Part shown: positions 1-9,824 of the stretch, piece by piece
Position numbering within the stretch: position 1 is the stretch's first letter
Layout: each line of letters starts with the position of its first letter
Assembly: GCA_037129835.1 (NCBI GenBank)
Contig: JBAXUE010000003.1
Coordinates: 18,793 to 82,792, forward strand
Origin: a bacterium
Lineage (GTDB): Bacteria > Patescibacteriota > CPR2 > UBA1875 > CAIMLA01
Length of the DNA: 64,000 nucleotides
Direction: 5' to 3'
Made by a program: the position numbers and the translations under genes
The notes under the pieces: model-generated
What the model was told of the DNA's origin: nothing
The model's input: only the letters and a program-made list of their open reading frames with translations
Database searches by the model: none

Positions 1-78
1 CTGCCAGCCGTTTGACGAGTTCGTAATATTTTAATTGCTTGTAACTCTTTACCATATTAACTAGGACATGTTACCATA

Positions 79-1998
79 ATGTCACTACAAAATAAAGTAA
101 AAATAACGCAGAAACAGGAATATATGACGACTATCTTTATCATATTATTGATCGCACTGGTATCCATAATCCCCGGTTTTGGCATCATTTACTACATACT
201 GCGAGGTAACGAAAAGTTTAATTCATTCGATTCCATTATCTTGTCCTTGATAATTTCGCCCGTAATAGTGGTAACGCTGTCATTCTTGGAGGTATCGACT
301 GGCCTCTCCCTATCAACACCCCTTCTTTTACTAAATATATTCATGATTAACAGTGCTAGTCTGTATCTAGTTACCAGACTGAAACCAAACATAAATCTCA
401 ATAATCTAGTAAAGAGATTGTCTCTACTGCAAATATTTGTTTACCTGGGCATGTTTGTAATATTTGTGGCCAGGATATGGTCTGTAATCAGGCTCCAGAC
501 ACCCTTACTGCATGATCCCATATCTCATTCAGAGTGGCTAAAGCTTCTAACCGATACGGGCAGGACAACCAATCTTTCCTGGTATCCTCAGGGGCTTGAG
601 TATTATCTGCAATACTTTACTCGTCTAGGCGGTGTGGAACCAGCAAAGGCTATATTGCTTGGAACAAATGTATTTCTATGTCTAATCCCGATCTCACTAT
701 ATTACTTCGCAAGACTAATAAATAAGGGTGAAAACGGCCTTTTCGCTGTTAGCGCACTAGTGATTTCTTCTGTTCTAGCCATGCCGAACTACCTCTTTTT
801 CACGGCAGGCAAAAACTCCATGATTATGGCCTTCGCACTAGTGCCTCTGGCGCTTTACTATGTATATAAAACGAATAATAACCAATATGAAAATGTCTTT
901 CTCGCTCTTGTTCTTTTTTGCATATTTACGGTTCATTATCCTACGGGTGTATTCGTATACTTACTCTGGGGCGTAAACTACGCCTTGTGTACTCTTATAA
1001 ATATTCGCAAGTTAAAGAAAACTATAGCGGGTAGCCTCGGTTTTATTATTCCTACGTTCGGTTTGCTACTCCTCTCTTTGATAAAAATATATCCTGTATA
1101 CAAGGCATTTCCTGCCTCTGATGATAAGTCAGTCTCATCTATTATTGGATATCTGCAAACAGTCGGCATAAAACAGTTTATAACGACAGACTCTCTCACT
1201 TATCATATTGCCACCTTCGGCTTTCTACTGACCATACTAGTAATTGGTAGTGTCTTCCTTTATCTTTTCACTGGGCGTAAGGCTAAGGGAGATACTCTAA
1301 CCCACTTTTTAATGGGCTTTGGCTTTCTGTATGTCGGTCTGTCTATACTGCTTAAGCTTCCTCAGAAGGTATTAGGCATCTTTTTCAACCTAGAAACTAA
1401 GTTTTTTTCTTTCTTTGTTTTAATATTATTCGTTTCTTGGTTCGTTCAATACTTTGTAGAATTCGTTGAAGAGAACTACCAATTCGGGCTGGCTAGCTAT
1501 ATATATATAATACTTGGGGTTACCCTACTCATAGGGAATGTCGCTCTTTATAATGAATACCGAGATGCCGGAGCAAAACTTTCTACGGTGGCTGCTCCGG
1601 ATATACGAGCCTTTGACTATATAAAGGAGAATATTTCATCGCAGGATAAGATACTAGTACAGATGGCGAGAGGAAATGGTGTGGTAATGCCTACAGATGC
1701 TGGTGCATGGATTTCTACATACACAAACTCGCCTATAGAAGTTGATTTTTCAAATTTTTCCAAGCCTGTGTCTGAGAAAATATTCAAACAGTACCAAGTG
1801 ATTGGAACCGATAAAAAAGCACTAAACAATCTTTACTGTAGCTACGGAATCAGATATATCTACTTCGGGTCCAGGCCTGTCTTTGCTCCAGGTATGGATA
1901 AGGTTGTTCTTGAGAGTACGAAAGAAGTTACAATCGTTTATAACAACGCCGCCGTGTTGTATAAAGTAGTCCCCCAGACCTGTCCTAGTAAGAACTAG
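79..1998 (+). CDS. Large polytopic membrane protein (>=12 predicted TM helices), putative GT-C-type glycosyltransferase/polysaccharide polymerase-like
   Basis: 639-aa ORF dominated by hydrophobic helices with a large C-terminal soluble domain; located in a sugar-nucleotide/glycosyltransferase cluster. Family assignment is inferred from architecture and context only. Confidence 0.35.
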   Translation: MSLQNKVKITQKQEYMTTIFIILLIALVSIIPGFGIIYYILRGNEKFNSFDSIILSLIISPVIVVTLSFLEVSTGLSLSTPLLLLNIFMINSASLYLVTRLKPNINLNNLVKRLSLLQIFVYLGMFVIFVARIWSVIRLQTPLLHDPISHSEWLKLLTDTGRTTNLSWYPQGLEYYLQYFTRLGGVEPAKAILLGTNVFLCLIPISLYYFARLINKGENGLFAVSALVISSVLAMPNYLFFTAGKNSMIMAFALVPLALYYVYKTNNNQYENVFLALVLFCIFTVHYPTGVFVYLLWGVNYALCTLINIRKLKKTIAGSLGFIIPTFGLLLLSLIKIYPVYKAFPASDDKSVSSIIGYLQTVGIKQFITTDSLTYHIATFGFLLTILVIGSVFLYLFTGRKAKGDTLTHFLMGFGFLYVGLSILLKLPQKVLGIFFNLETKFFSFFVLILFVSWFVQYFVEFVEENYQFGLASYIYIILGVTLLIGNVALYNEYRDAGAKLSTVAAPDIRAFDYIKENISSQDKILVQMARGNGVVMPTDAGAWISTYTNSPIEVDFSNFSKPVSEKIFKQYQVIGTDKKALNNLYCSYGIRYIYFGSRPVFAPGMDKVVLESTKEVTIVYNNAAVLYKVVPQTCPSKN

Positions 1999-3236
1999 TT
2001 GATATAGTACGCTACGCCCTCATATTTATACTGATAGCCAAGCTTTGATATTACATTGTTTTTCTCGGACTCAGATGCGGTATAGAAATGAGTGCCGTTA
2101 TTATTCCAGAAACGATATACGGGTACTCCTGACGGGTCTACAGATACGTTGTATGCAACTCCGTCCAAGCGGTATTTGTACCCAAGAGTTCTAATAGTAT
2201 TGTTTTTTTCCGCTTCAGAAGCCGTGTAGAAATGTGTACCATTACTGGTATTATAGAATCTATACAGAGGAACGGTGTTCCTACCGTCACCTGGATTTAC
2301 CCGATATGCAACACCTTCAAGCCTGTATTTAGTTGGCCACTTTGCCAAAACATTATTTTTCTCGGACTCTGAAGCGGTGTAAAAGTGTGTCCCGTTTGTA
2401 TTCCAAAACCGATATACGGCTAATCCCGGATCAACGTAGTCTATGTTCCCAAAGAATGTATTGAAAAACCAAGTATAGTTGTTCGAATAAGGCGTATATG
2501 GAGTGTATCTATAAAGAGCAGCGGTAGAATTATTGCCTATATATACCGAACCGCCGCCAATGTTGACCGTGTTGCCTGCCCAGTATGGACTCGTGTTTGG
2601 ATTACGATTGGCTGAGCCATTATAACTACCCCTGAGACTACCCGCCGCCCAGTCAACTTGCATAGCAAAACCGGCGCAAGAACCTGTGGGGTTGTCATTG
2701 GTTACTCGTGGGTGACTTTCAGTCCATGTACTGCAAGCCTTCACCACACCACTATCGGTTACTGCAAATCCCGTGGCCCAACGTAGTCGCCTAGCGTTTT
2801 CTGCAGCATCGTAATTGGAATCTGTCGGTGTTACCCAGCTTTGCTCCTTATATAGAACGGCTAGTAAAACCTGCGGGTTGATACCATACCAAGAAGCTGA
2901 CTTGGCAATAACATGTGCGGCAGTCCAGCCCGTTGATTCTTCTTCACCATCGAAGGGTCCGATCTTCGTCCCGTTATAGAAACCAAAAGAATCAGTAAAT
3001 GGAGCTGGCATAACGTAATTAGCAAGATAACTACCACGAGCAACTAAAAATTCTTGTATCTGTTGCTCGTTCATAGAATTTACATTATCAAAAACGCTAT
3101 CGGGCATAATATAGCTTGGGTTTTGTGCCGCCGAGGTTACAAAGGGTGAAAATAAAAATACACCCTGTAAAACTATAATCAGAGCTGTTTTCGCAATAAA
3201 CTGTAATTTCGTGCCTTTTTTCACCATACCCTCCAT
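1995..3236 (-). CDS. Secreted protein, N-terminal signal peptide, unknown N-domain, three C-terminal ~45-aa YRFWNxNGTHFYTASExEK repeats (DUF5648-like cell-surface repeat)
   Basis: N-terminus MEGMVKKGTKLQFIAKTALIIVLQGVFLFSPFVTSAAQ is a signal peptide; C-terminus has three tandem copies of VYRFWNTNGTHFYTASESEKNNV...EGVAY; the same module ends the S8 protease at 13330..15285. Confidence 0.6.
   Translation of the reverse strand: MEGMVKKGTKLQFIAKTALIIVLQGVFLFSPFVTSAAQNPSYIMPDSVFDNVNSMNEQQIQEFLVARGSYLANYVMPAPFTDSFGFYNGTKIGPFDGEEESTGWTAAHVIAKSASWYGINPQVLLAVLYKEQSWVTPTDSNYDAAENARRLRWATGFAVTDSGVVKACSTWTESHPRVTNDNPTGSCAGFAMQVDWAAGSLRGSYNGSANRNPNTSPYWAGNTVNIGGGSVYIGNNSTAALYRYTPYTPYSNNYTWFFNTFFGNIDYVDPGLAVYRFWNTNGTHFYTASESEKNNVLAKWPTKYRLEGVAYRVNPGDGRNTVPLYRFYNTSNGTHFYTASEAEKNNTIRTLGYKYRLDGVAYNVSVDPSGVPVYRFWNNNGTHFYTASESEKNNVISKLGYQYKYEGVAYYIN
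1998..2425 (-). repeat. Three tandem ~135-nt coding repeats (YRFWN-NGTHFYTAS module)
   Basis: Nucleotide-level similarity among the three units, and to 13333..13765 (e.g. ttctcggactctgaagcggtgtaaaagtgtgt vs ttctcggattctgaagcagtgtagaagtgagt). Confidence 0.6.
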
Positions 3237-3341
3237 ACCAAATTATTTTACTATAGGGTTCTGCTCGTGTCAAAGTAGAGTCAGTTGATATTTTATGAGT
3301 AATCTGATAATATTTCGTTAGTTTAAACCAAAAAGGAGCTT

Positions 3342-4370
3342 ATGTTTAAAGGGAAAATTTTATTAATTACAGGCGGCACGGGATCTTTTGGAAATGCAGT
3401 TCTCCGCAGATTTCTAGAATCTGATATCAAAGAAATCCGGATATTCTCACGTGACGAGAAAAAACAAGAAGATATGCGCAAGCTCTATAAAAACGATAAA
3501 TTGAAGTTTTATATCGGTGATGTCCGCAACCTAGAAAGCGTATGTGAAGCCGTAAAAGAAGTAGACTATATATTTCATGCTGCGGCCCTGAAGCAGGTCC
3601 CTTCTTGCGAATTTTTTCCTATGGAGGCTGTGCGTACAAATGTATTCGGTACCGACAACGTGCTTACTGCTGCGGTAAATGCTGGGGTCAAGAAAGTAGT
3701 TTGTCTATCTACGGACAAGGCGGCTTACCCTATAAACGCCATGGGCACATCCAAAGCCATGATGGAGAAGGTAATCATCGCTAAATCGCGAAACGTAGAT
3801 CCCTCCAAAACCACTATATGCTGCACGAGATACGGTAATGTAATGGCCTCTCGTGGCTCCGTAATCCCTCTATTTATTGATCAGATAAAGGCAGGACAGC
3901 CCATCACTATCACTGACCCGAATATGACTAGATTCTTAATGAACCTAGACGAAGCCGTTGACCTCGTACTCTTTGCTTTCAAAAACGCAAACCAGGGAGA
4001 TCTCTTTATACAAAAAGCATCTGCTTCCACCATCCAAGATCTGGCACAAGCACTCCTAGAAATGTTTGACGCCAAGGGTGGAATCAAAAACATCGGCACA
4101 AGACACGGAGAGAAAGCGCATGAAACTCTCATGACGAGGGAAGAAAAAGAAAAGAGTACAGACCTCGGCCAATACTTCCAAATACCGGCAGATACTCGAG
4201 ACTTAAACTATGATAAATATCTGTCAGAGGGCAATCTAGCTATAGAAAAAATCATAGAATATACATCTGAGAATACAGAAAGACTAGACGTTGAGGGCAC
4301 TAAAAAGAAGCTTATGACAGTAGACTATGTCGTCAAGGAACTTCAGAACAAAAATGGGGAACTCATATGA
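3342..4370 (+). CDS. fnlA: UDP-N-acetylglucosamine 4,6-dehydratase/5-epimerase (CapE/FnlA/WbjB family)
   Basis: N-terminus MFKGKILLITGGTGSFGNAVLRRFLESDIKEIRIFSRDEKKQEDMRKLY is near-identical in pattern to CapE/FnlA; 342 aa; followed by a reductase and a CapG-type 2-epimerase. Confidence 0.75.
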   Translation: MFKGKILLITGGTGSFGNAVLRRFLESDIKEIRIFSRDEKKQEDMRKLYKNDKLKFYIGDVRNLESVCEAVKEVDYIFHAAALKQVPSCEFFPMEAVRTNVFGTDNVLTAAVNAGVKKVVCLSTDKAAYPINAMGTSKAMMEKVIIAKSRNVDPSKTTICCTRYGNVMASRGSVIPLFIDQIKAGQPITITDPNMTRFLMNLDEAVDLVLFAFKNANQGDLFIQKASASTIQDLAQALLEMFDAKGGIKNIGTRHGEKAHETLMTREEKEKSTDLGQYFQIPADTRDLNYDKYLSEGNLAIEKIIEYTSENTERLDVEGTKKKLMTVDYVVKELQNKNGELI

Positions 4371-5230
4371 AGAAGATCTTGGTTCTTGGCTCAAATGGTA
4401 TGGCTGGCCACGTAGTAACCCAAACATTCATAGAAGCTGGTTATGATGTAGACAACCTTACAAATACGCAACAATTCAATGACAAAACAGTGATTATGGA
4501 CCTCACAGACGGGGCGGCTTTTGATGAATATCTAGACAAAAACTCTTATGACGTAATAGTAAACTGCGTAGGTATATTGGTAGAACTAAGCGACAAACGA
4601 AAAGACCTATCCTCATATCTAAACTCCTATCTCCCTCACTATCTAGAGTATAAATACAAAGATACGAAGACCAAAATAATCCACATGAGCACAGACTGTG
4701 TATTCTCTGGAGATACAGGTCCATACCGAGAAGACTCGCCATACGACGGACAACTTTTTTACGATAGGTCCAAGGCCTTGGGTGAAATAATAAACGACAA
4801 AGACCTAACCTTCCGCATGTCTATCATCGGTCCTGATATGCAAGTAGCTGGTGTGGGTTTATTCAACTGGTTCTATGCTCAGACAGGCCAGATATTTGGT
4901 TATACCAAGTCTATGTGGACAGGTGTCACCACTATACATTTAGCAAAAGCAATGGTTGCTGCCACAGAACAAAATCTGACAGGTCTATACCACCTAGTTC
5001 CGGATAAAAATATTTCCAAATATGATCTTGTAAGTACCTTTAAAGAGGTTTTCAACCGCACTGATATTGAGATAGAGGCACGCGAGGGCGTAGTTGCCGA
5101 CAAATCGCTATTGAACACTCGGTCCGACTTTGACTTTGCGGTACCCTCCTATGAAGTGATGATAAAAGACATGAAAAAGTGGGTGATAGGGCACAAAGAG
5201 TTTTATCCTCACTATAAGATAAAGGAATAA
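4367..5230 (+). CDS. NAD(P)-dependent sugar-nucleotide reductase, RmlD-like fold (FnlB/CapF-equivalent step)
   Basis: MKKILVLGSNGMAGHVV Rossmann N-terminus, 287 aa, start overlaps the preceding stop (ATGA), sits between the FnlA-type and FnlC-type genes. Confidence 0.5.
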   Translation: MKKILVLGSNGMAGHVVTQTFIEAGYDVDNLTNTQQFNDKTVIMDLTDGAAFDEYLDKNSYDVIVNCVGILVELSDKRKDLSSYLNSYLPHYLEYKYKDTKTKIIHMSTDCVFSGDTGPYREDSPYDGQLFYDRSKALGEIINDKDLTFRMSIIGPDMQVAGVGLFNWFYAQTGQIFGYTKSMWTGVTTIHLAKAMVAATEQNLTGLYHLVPDKNISKYDLVSTFKEVFNRTDIEIEAREGVVADKSLLNTRSDFDFAVPSYEVMIKDMKKWVIGHKEFYPHYKIKE

Positions 5231-5231
5231 T

Positions 5232-6362
5232 GTGAAAAAGCTAAAAGTAATGACAATAGTCGGGACCAGACCCGAAATAATAAAGCTATCGGAATGCATC
5301 AAGGCTTGTGACAAATATTTCGATCATGCTCTCGTGCACACAGGCCAAAACTATGACTATACCTTAAACGAAGTCTTCTTCGAAAATCTAGAGCTGAAGG
5401 CCCCAAACCACTTTCTCGAAGCAGTCGGCGACAATCTTGGTGAAACAACGGGTAATATAATCGCCAAAAGCTACAACCTCCTGGTAAAAGAAAAACCCGA
5501 TGCCGTGCTCATACTCGGCGATACCAACTCTGCTCTCTCGGCGATTCCCGCTAAGAGGCTAAAAATCCCTATTTTTCATATGGAGGCTGGTAACAGGTGT
5601 TTTGACCAGAACGTGCCAGAAGAGATAAATAGAAAGATTGTTGACCATATCTCTGACGTAAACCTTCCATATACCGAACATGCCCGCAGGAATCTGCTAG
5701 CTGAGGGCGTAAAGGCAGATAATATGTTTGTAACAGGCTCCCCTATGCGAGAGGTTCTCCAAAAGTATAATAGCGAGATACTTAAGAGCGACGTACTTAA
5801 GAGATTAAAGCTAGAAAAAGACAAATACATCCTCGTTTCGGCACATCGAGAAGAGAATATAGACGATGAAGACAACTTCCTTTCTCTTATGAACGCGCTA
5901 AATGGTATTGCCGAAAAATACAAAATGCCTGTAATCTATTCTACACACCCCCGCAGCCTAGACCGACTAACTAAACGTGGATTCAAGCTACATTCACTCA
6001 TACAAATACTGAAGCCTTTTGGTTTCTTTGATTATAACAAGCTTCAACTTGATTCTTTCTGCGTCTTATCCGACAGCGGGACTCTCGCTGAAGAAGGCTC
6101 AATACTAGGATTCACCGGAGTATCGCTCCGAACTTCCACGGAAAGACCGGAGGCAGTGGATGCCGGCGCCTTACTAATCGGCGGAATAACCACTAAAAGC
6201 ATTGTGCAGGCAATGGAGCTCGCAAGAGACTTGAGGGCTGATAGCTTAAACGGCCTTGTCCCCTTAAATTACCAAGATGCCAATGTCTCTTTAAAAATCG
6301 TAAAAATAATTCAAAGCTATACTGGTATCGTTAACCAATTTGTTTGGCGCAAAAATAATTAA
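5232..6362 (+). CDS. fnlC: UDP-N-acetylglucosamine 2-epimerase, non-hydrolysing (CapG/FnlC/WbjD type)
   Basis: MKKLKVMTIVGTRPEIIKLSECIKACDKYFDHALVHTGQNYDYTLNEVFF matches the CapG/FnlC N-terminal signature; 376 aa. Confidence 0.7.
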   Translation: MKKLKVMTIVGTRPEIIKLSECIKACDKYFDHALVHTGQNYDYTLNEVFFENLELKAPNHFLEAVGDNLGETTGNIIAKSYNLLVKEKPDAVLILGDTNSALSAIPAKRLKIPIFHMEAGNRCFDQNVPEEINRKIVDHISDVNLPYTEHARRNLLAEGVKADNMFVTGSPMREVLQKYNSEILKSDVLKRLKLEKDKYILVSAHREENIDDEDNFLSLMNALNGIAEKYKMPVIYSTHPRSLDRLTKRGFKLHSLIQILKPFGFFDYNKLQLDSFCVLSDSGTLAEEGSILGFTGVSLRTSTERPEAVDAGALLIGGITTKSIVQAMELARDLRADSLNGLVPLNYQDANVSLKIVKIIQSYTGIVNQFVWRKNN

Positions 6363-6366
6363 GTTC

Positions 6367-7386
6367 TTATAACCGTTTTTTAATTAGGCTAAATTTGTCA
6401 TTGTCGGCATTGACTATCTTTGATGCCAAGTCTAAATAGTTTCTGTTTTTGAAAAACAACACCTTGCCAAAAACTACTTCTGGTAGAGAGCCGGCGTCGC
6501 TTACTATCACTTTTTTACCAAGCTCACATGCCTCTACGGCAGAGTAACCGAAACCCTCCGTAATAGAGGGTACGATTACTGCCTTCGCTCTTAAAATCGT
6601 CTTTTGTAAATCTTCTCGTGTCATGGACGGAATCACAGAAACCTGATTACCTAGCCCCGCTCCTTTTATGGCTGACACAAATCTTGCTCTTTCCTTTGGT
6701 GGATCAGAAGCCAGTACAATCAAGAATTTACTTTTGCCCCCTAATTTGCCTATATATTGGATTATGGCTTTCAATAAGACAAATATGCCTTTTGTTTTGC
6801 CAGGTCTACCAAAATATAGGTAATAATCTCCTTCAATTGCTTTCCCGATCGTCTTTGTCTTTTCCAGTTCAGGATAAATCACCATCACCTTGCTACTATC
6901 TATTCCCGAAGCCAACAAATCTCGTTTGGTCGCTTTACTAATGGCGATGTATTTATCATATCCTTTGTGCAATACCCAATATTCAAAGGCAAAAAAGCCC
7001 ATTGCTTTTATCGGATTTTCTATCCAAAACCATTTACGACCAAGGCACTCGTATACCGTGATGTAACAGGGCTTACCCCCTACTTTAGCCGCCCTCATAG
7101 CAACTGGGGCGGCCGTATATGTAGCCGTATGAACTAAATCAGCCCATCGCACATGTTCTTGGAGATCGGTATTTGAGGGAACAGGGTGTCCGAAAAAACC
7201 CTTCCAGGGGTAATAATATATTTCAATTTTTTTGTAATTCTTATTACCGCTTACACCCCCTGAGCTACTTGTGGCCACCCGAACCTCATGTCCTTCACAT
7301 ATAAACTTGAGGGCCATTTGAAGAAGCAGATTCTCTGCACCACCAACATGGGGATAGAAATGCTCTGAAACTATTAGTATTTTCAT
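6367..7386 (-). CDS. Glycosyltransferase family 4 (GT-B, retaining)
   Basis: C-terminal EGFGYSAVEA...GKKVIVSDAGSLPEVV motif typical of GT4; 339 aa. Confidence 0.7.
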   Translation of the reverse strand: MKILIVSEHFYPHVGGAENLLLQMALKFICEGHEVRVATSSSGGVSGNKNYKKIEIYYYPWKGFFGHPVPSNTDLQEHVRWADLVHTATYTAAPVAMRAAKVGGKPCYITVYECLGRKWFWIENPIKAMGFFAFEYWVLHKGYDKYIAISKATKRDLLASGIDSSKVMVIYPELEKTKTIGKAIEGDYYLYFGRPGKTKGIFVLLKAIIQYIGKLGGKSKFLIVLASDPPKERARFVSAIKGAGLGNQVSVIPSMTREDLQKTILRAKAVIVPSITEGFGYSAVEACELGKKVIVSDAGSLPEVVFGKVLFFKNRNYLDLASKIVNADNDKFSLIKKRL

Positions 7387-7721
7387 TTTTTGTTTATTTT
7401 TTCCTCTAGAAGGGCCTGATGCTGGGTCAACTTAATTATTCTATCTGTCTGATGGGATACGATGACAGACAACATGAGAGTAAGCCCAAGAAGTCCCAAG
7501 AAAGCCGCTATAAATATAAGAGTAGGTGGATAAATAATTCCGAGATAGTGGGAAATCGTAGTGATTATACCTATGTCCAAAAAGCCTAAGGGCAAGAGCA
7601 ACGCGATAAATAGCCAGAGAATGGCGTATTTTTCTCTCAGATGTTTCTTTTTGAGTAGCCAGATAATGGTGCCCAACAAAACAAGACATATTCCGAGTAG
7701 AAAAATATAATAATTTTGCAT
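7383..7721 (-). CDS. DUF2304-like small membrane protein (partner of GT2 polyprenyl-phosphate glycosyltransferases)
   Basis: 112 aa, 3-4 TM segments, REKYAILWLFIALLLP motif; immediately downstream of a DPM1-like GT2 with a 4-nt overlap. Confidence 0.45.
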   Translation of the reverse strand: MQNYYIFLLGICLVLLGTIIWLLKKKHLREKYAILWLFIALLLPLGFLDIGIITTISHYLGIIYPPTLIFIAAFLGLLGLTLMLSVIVSHQTDRIIKLTQHQALLEEKINKK

Positions 7722-7722
7722 C

Positions 7723-8415
7723 TTATCCCCTTACCTTCTGCATAAGCATAGAGCTTATGACCTTAAACATATAATAAACTGACTTTAGCGGAGTAATAGA
7801 CGACTTACCACCCTGTCTTTCTTTCATAAGGACAGGTGTTTCTACTATCTTTTTGCCCCTATTTTTCAAATACACTATCACTTCTGGCTCAGGATAATCA
7901 CTGGGATAATTGGCCGCATATAGTGCGATTACCTCTCTATTTACCAGGCGAAAGCCTGAGGTAGCGTCTGTAATCCTCTGACCCGTGAGTATCTGCGTGA
8001 TAAACGCAAAGATATTTATGCCTATTCTCCTGGCAAAGGATGAGCGGAAGCTCTTCTCCCCAAGGAATCTCGAACCTATGACGAGATCAGCCTTTTCACG
8101 ATCCTGTGCAGCGACCAACTTTTTGATCTCCTTGGGCTCGTGCTGCCCATCTCCATCAACCTGTACCGCGAAGTCGTAATTATTATTAAGTGCGTATATA
8201 TAGCCCGTTTGCATCGCTCCACCAATACCGAGATTTAGTGGTAATGAGATGTGAGATATTTTATTGTTCGAAAGTATTTCTTCGGTTTTATCGATCGAGC
8301 AGTCATTAACAACCATTATGTCCGCAGTCGGTTCTGCCTCTCGGATGTTTCTTATCACATCCAGAATACTCTTTTCCTCATTATACGCCGGCACTATTAC
8401 TAGTAGCTTTGCCAA
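7723..8415 (-). CDS. GT2 polyprenyl-phosphate sugar synthase (DPM1/GtrB-like)
   Basis: VIVPAYNEE, DCSIDKT and VDGDGQH motifs (DXD-type GT-A); 230 aa. Confidence 0.7.
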   Translation of the reverse strand: MAKLLVIVPAYNEEKSILDVIRNIREAEPTADIMVVNDCSIDKTEEILSNNKISHISLPLNLGIGGAMQTGYIYALNNNYDFAVQVDGDGQHEPKEIKKLVAAQDREKADLVIGSRFLGEKSFRSSFARRIGINIFAFITQILTGQRITDATSGFRLVNREVIALYAANYPSDYPEPEVIVYLKNRGKKIVETPVLMKERQGGKSSITPLKSVYYMFKVISSMLMQKVRG

Positions 8416-8456
8416 AACAATCCCCTTACTTAGTCCTCTAATTTGTTAATTTTAGC

Positions 8457-9824
8457 TTATTTGTGCTTATCTTTCAATGAAATAGCGGATTTGTCAGATA
8501 ATATCAACCCTGGCAAGAACAATACGCCCAGGGTCAACATATATAAATACCGGTAGTCGTTAGAGACCCCAACAAGTACCAACAGAGGAACGTTTATACA
8601 TATAATGGACACAAAACCCATGATGCGCGCACTCTTTCTGACTATGCCATAAACAAATGCCGCCGCATAAAACATCAGGGCCAGAGCGTGATTCCAAAAG
8701 ATAACTCTCTGGGGCAAGTGGATGGACCAATAGAAAAAGTCAGTAAATGGCGCCGTAATAAAACTACTACGGGGTATGTAATCCATCTTATTGCTAGAAA
8801 CACCGATATAAAATGGGTCGTACCAGCCTTTCATCCCAAAACCTAGCTGATATGCAACAAGACAAGTCCTGTCCGCCATCAATACCGGTAGGTTTTTTAG
8901 GAATAACTGATTTGATTTACTTGCAAAATCTTTTTGATATAGATTGTTATTAGCAAAATAACTATCAACAGTACTCCTGTTTGCCATCATGAGCCCGTCT
9001 ATACTACTACACCTATAGCCACTGACGTATTTATCTTTTGGAATAATCGAGGTGAAGTATATTGTTTCTTCTGCTGTGATATTGGCGTCATTTGAGCTCA
9101 TTACCGCCGCTACTAGCTGTAGCCTCAGTGAAGTACTCGCATCTACATAGCTTGTGGTGTTAACTCCAGATAGAGTTGCCACTGGCCCTGTAATTACAAT
9201 AAACACAATACCCAGAGATACAACTTGAAGGAACAATCCCTTCCAATTGATTTTCTTTACTAAAAATAGTAATAATGGCGATAAAAGCAGATATACTGCT
9301 CCGTTATGGCGAGTAGGCGCGATAAGCAAACTAAGTCCGAGGAAAACATAGATAAGATTCGTTTGAGAATCATCATCTAAAAATCTCAGATAAACATAAC
9401 CGAGCAACACTATCAACTGCGAGAATATGACGTCTTTCCACATAGTAACGTTGTATATTCCGACTGCAGGTGACAACCAAAAAAAGATGAGGGTAGCCAC
9501 AATTAAATATTTGTTTACCTTCTTTTTATAAAAATATATAGCGAAAAGCGCCGCGATTAGTGATGATAATAATATTTGGAAAAATATAAATGACGCAATA
9601 CCGCCTAAATATTTTACAAAAATACCTAGAAAAAGCGTAAATACATAAGGGTGCGCGTTGGAGATTTTTCCGGACGCAATCTGTGTAAGCTGATTGATCG
9701 AATCTATGCTGAGATTAGCGGGATAAAAAGCATAAAGCCAAACAGAAAAAATTGCCGTTGATAATATAAAAACGGCCCAAAATACACTTAATTTTGCAAA
9801 TATTTTGCTAATGGTGCCTTCCAA
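8457..9824 (-). CDS. Polytopic membrane protein, putative GT-C glycosyltransferase using a lipid-linked sugar donor
   Basis: 455 aa, many TM helices; follows a GT2/DUF2304 pair; overlaps rmlD start by 37 nt. Confidence 0.35.
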   Translation of the reverse strand: MEGTISKIFAKLSVFWAVFILSTAIFSVWLYAFYPANLSIDSINQLTQIASGKISNAHPYVFTLFLGIFVKYLGGIASFIFFQILLSSLIAALFAIYFYKKKVNKYLIVATLIFFWLSPAVGIYNVTMWKDVIFSQLIVLLGYVYLRFLDDDSQTNLIYVFLGLSLLIAPTRHNGAVYLLLSPLLLFLVKKINWKGLFLQVVSLGIVFIVITGPVATLSGVNTTSYVDASTSLRLQLVAAVMSSNDANITAEETIYFTSIIPKDKYVSGYRCSSIDGLMMANRSTVDSYFANNNLYQKDFASKSNQLFLKNLPVLMADRTCLVAYQLGFGMKGWYDPFYIGVSSNKMDYIPRSSFITAPFTDFFYWSIHLPQRVIFWNHALALMFYAAAFVYGIVRKSARIMGFVSIICINVPLLVLVGVSNDYRYLYMLTLGVLFLPGLILSDKSAISLKDKHK

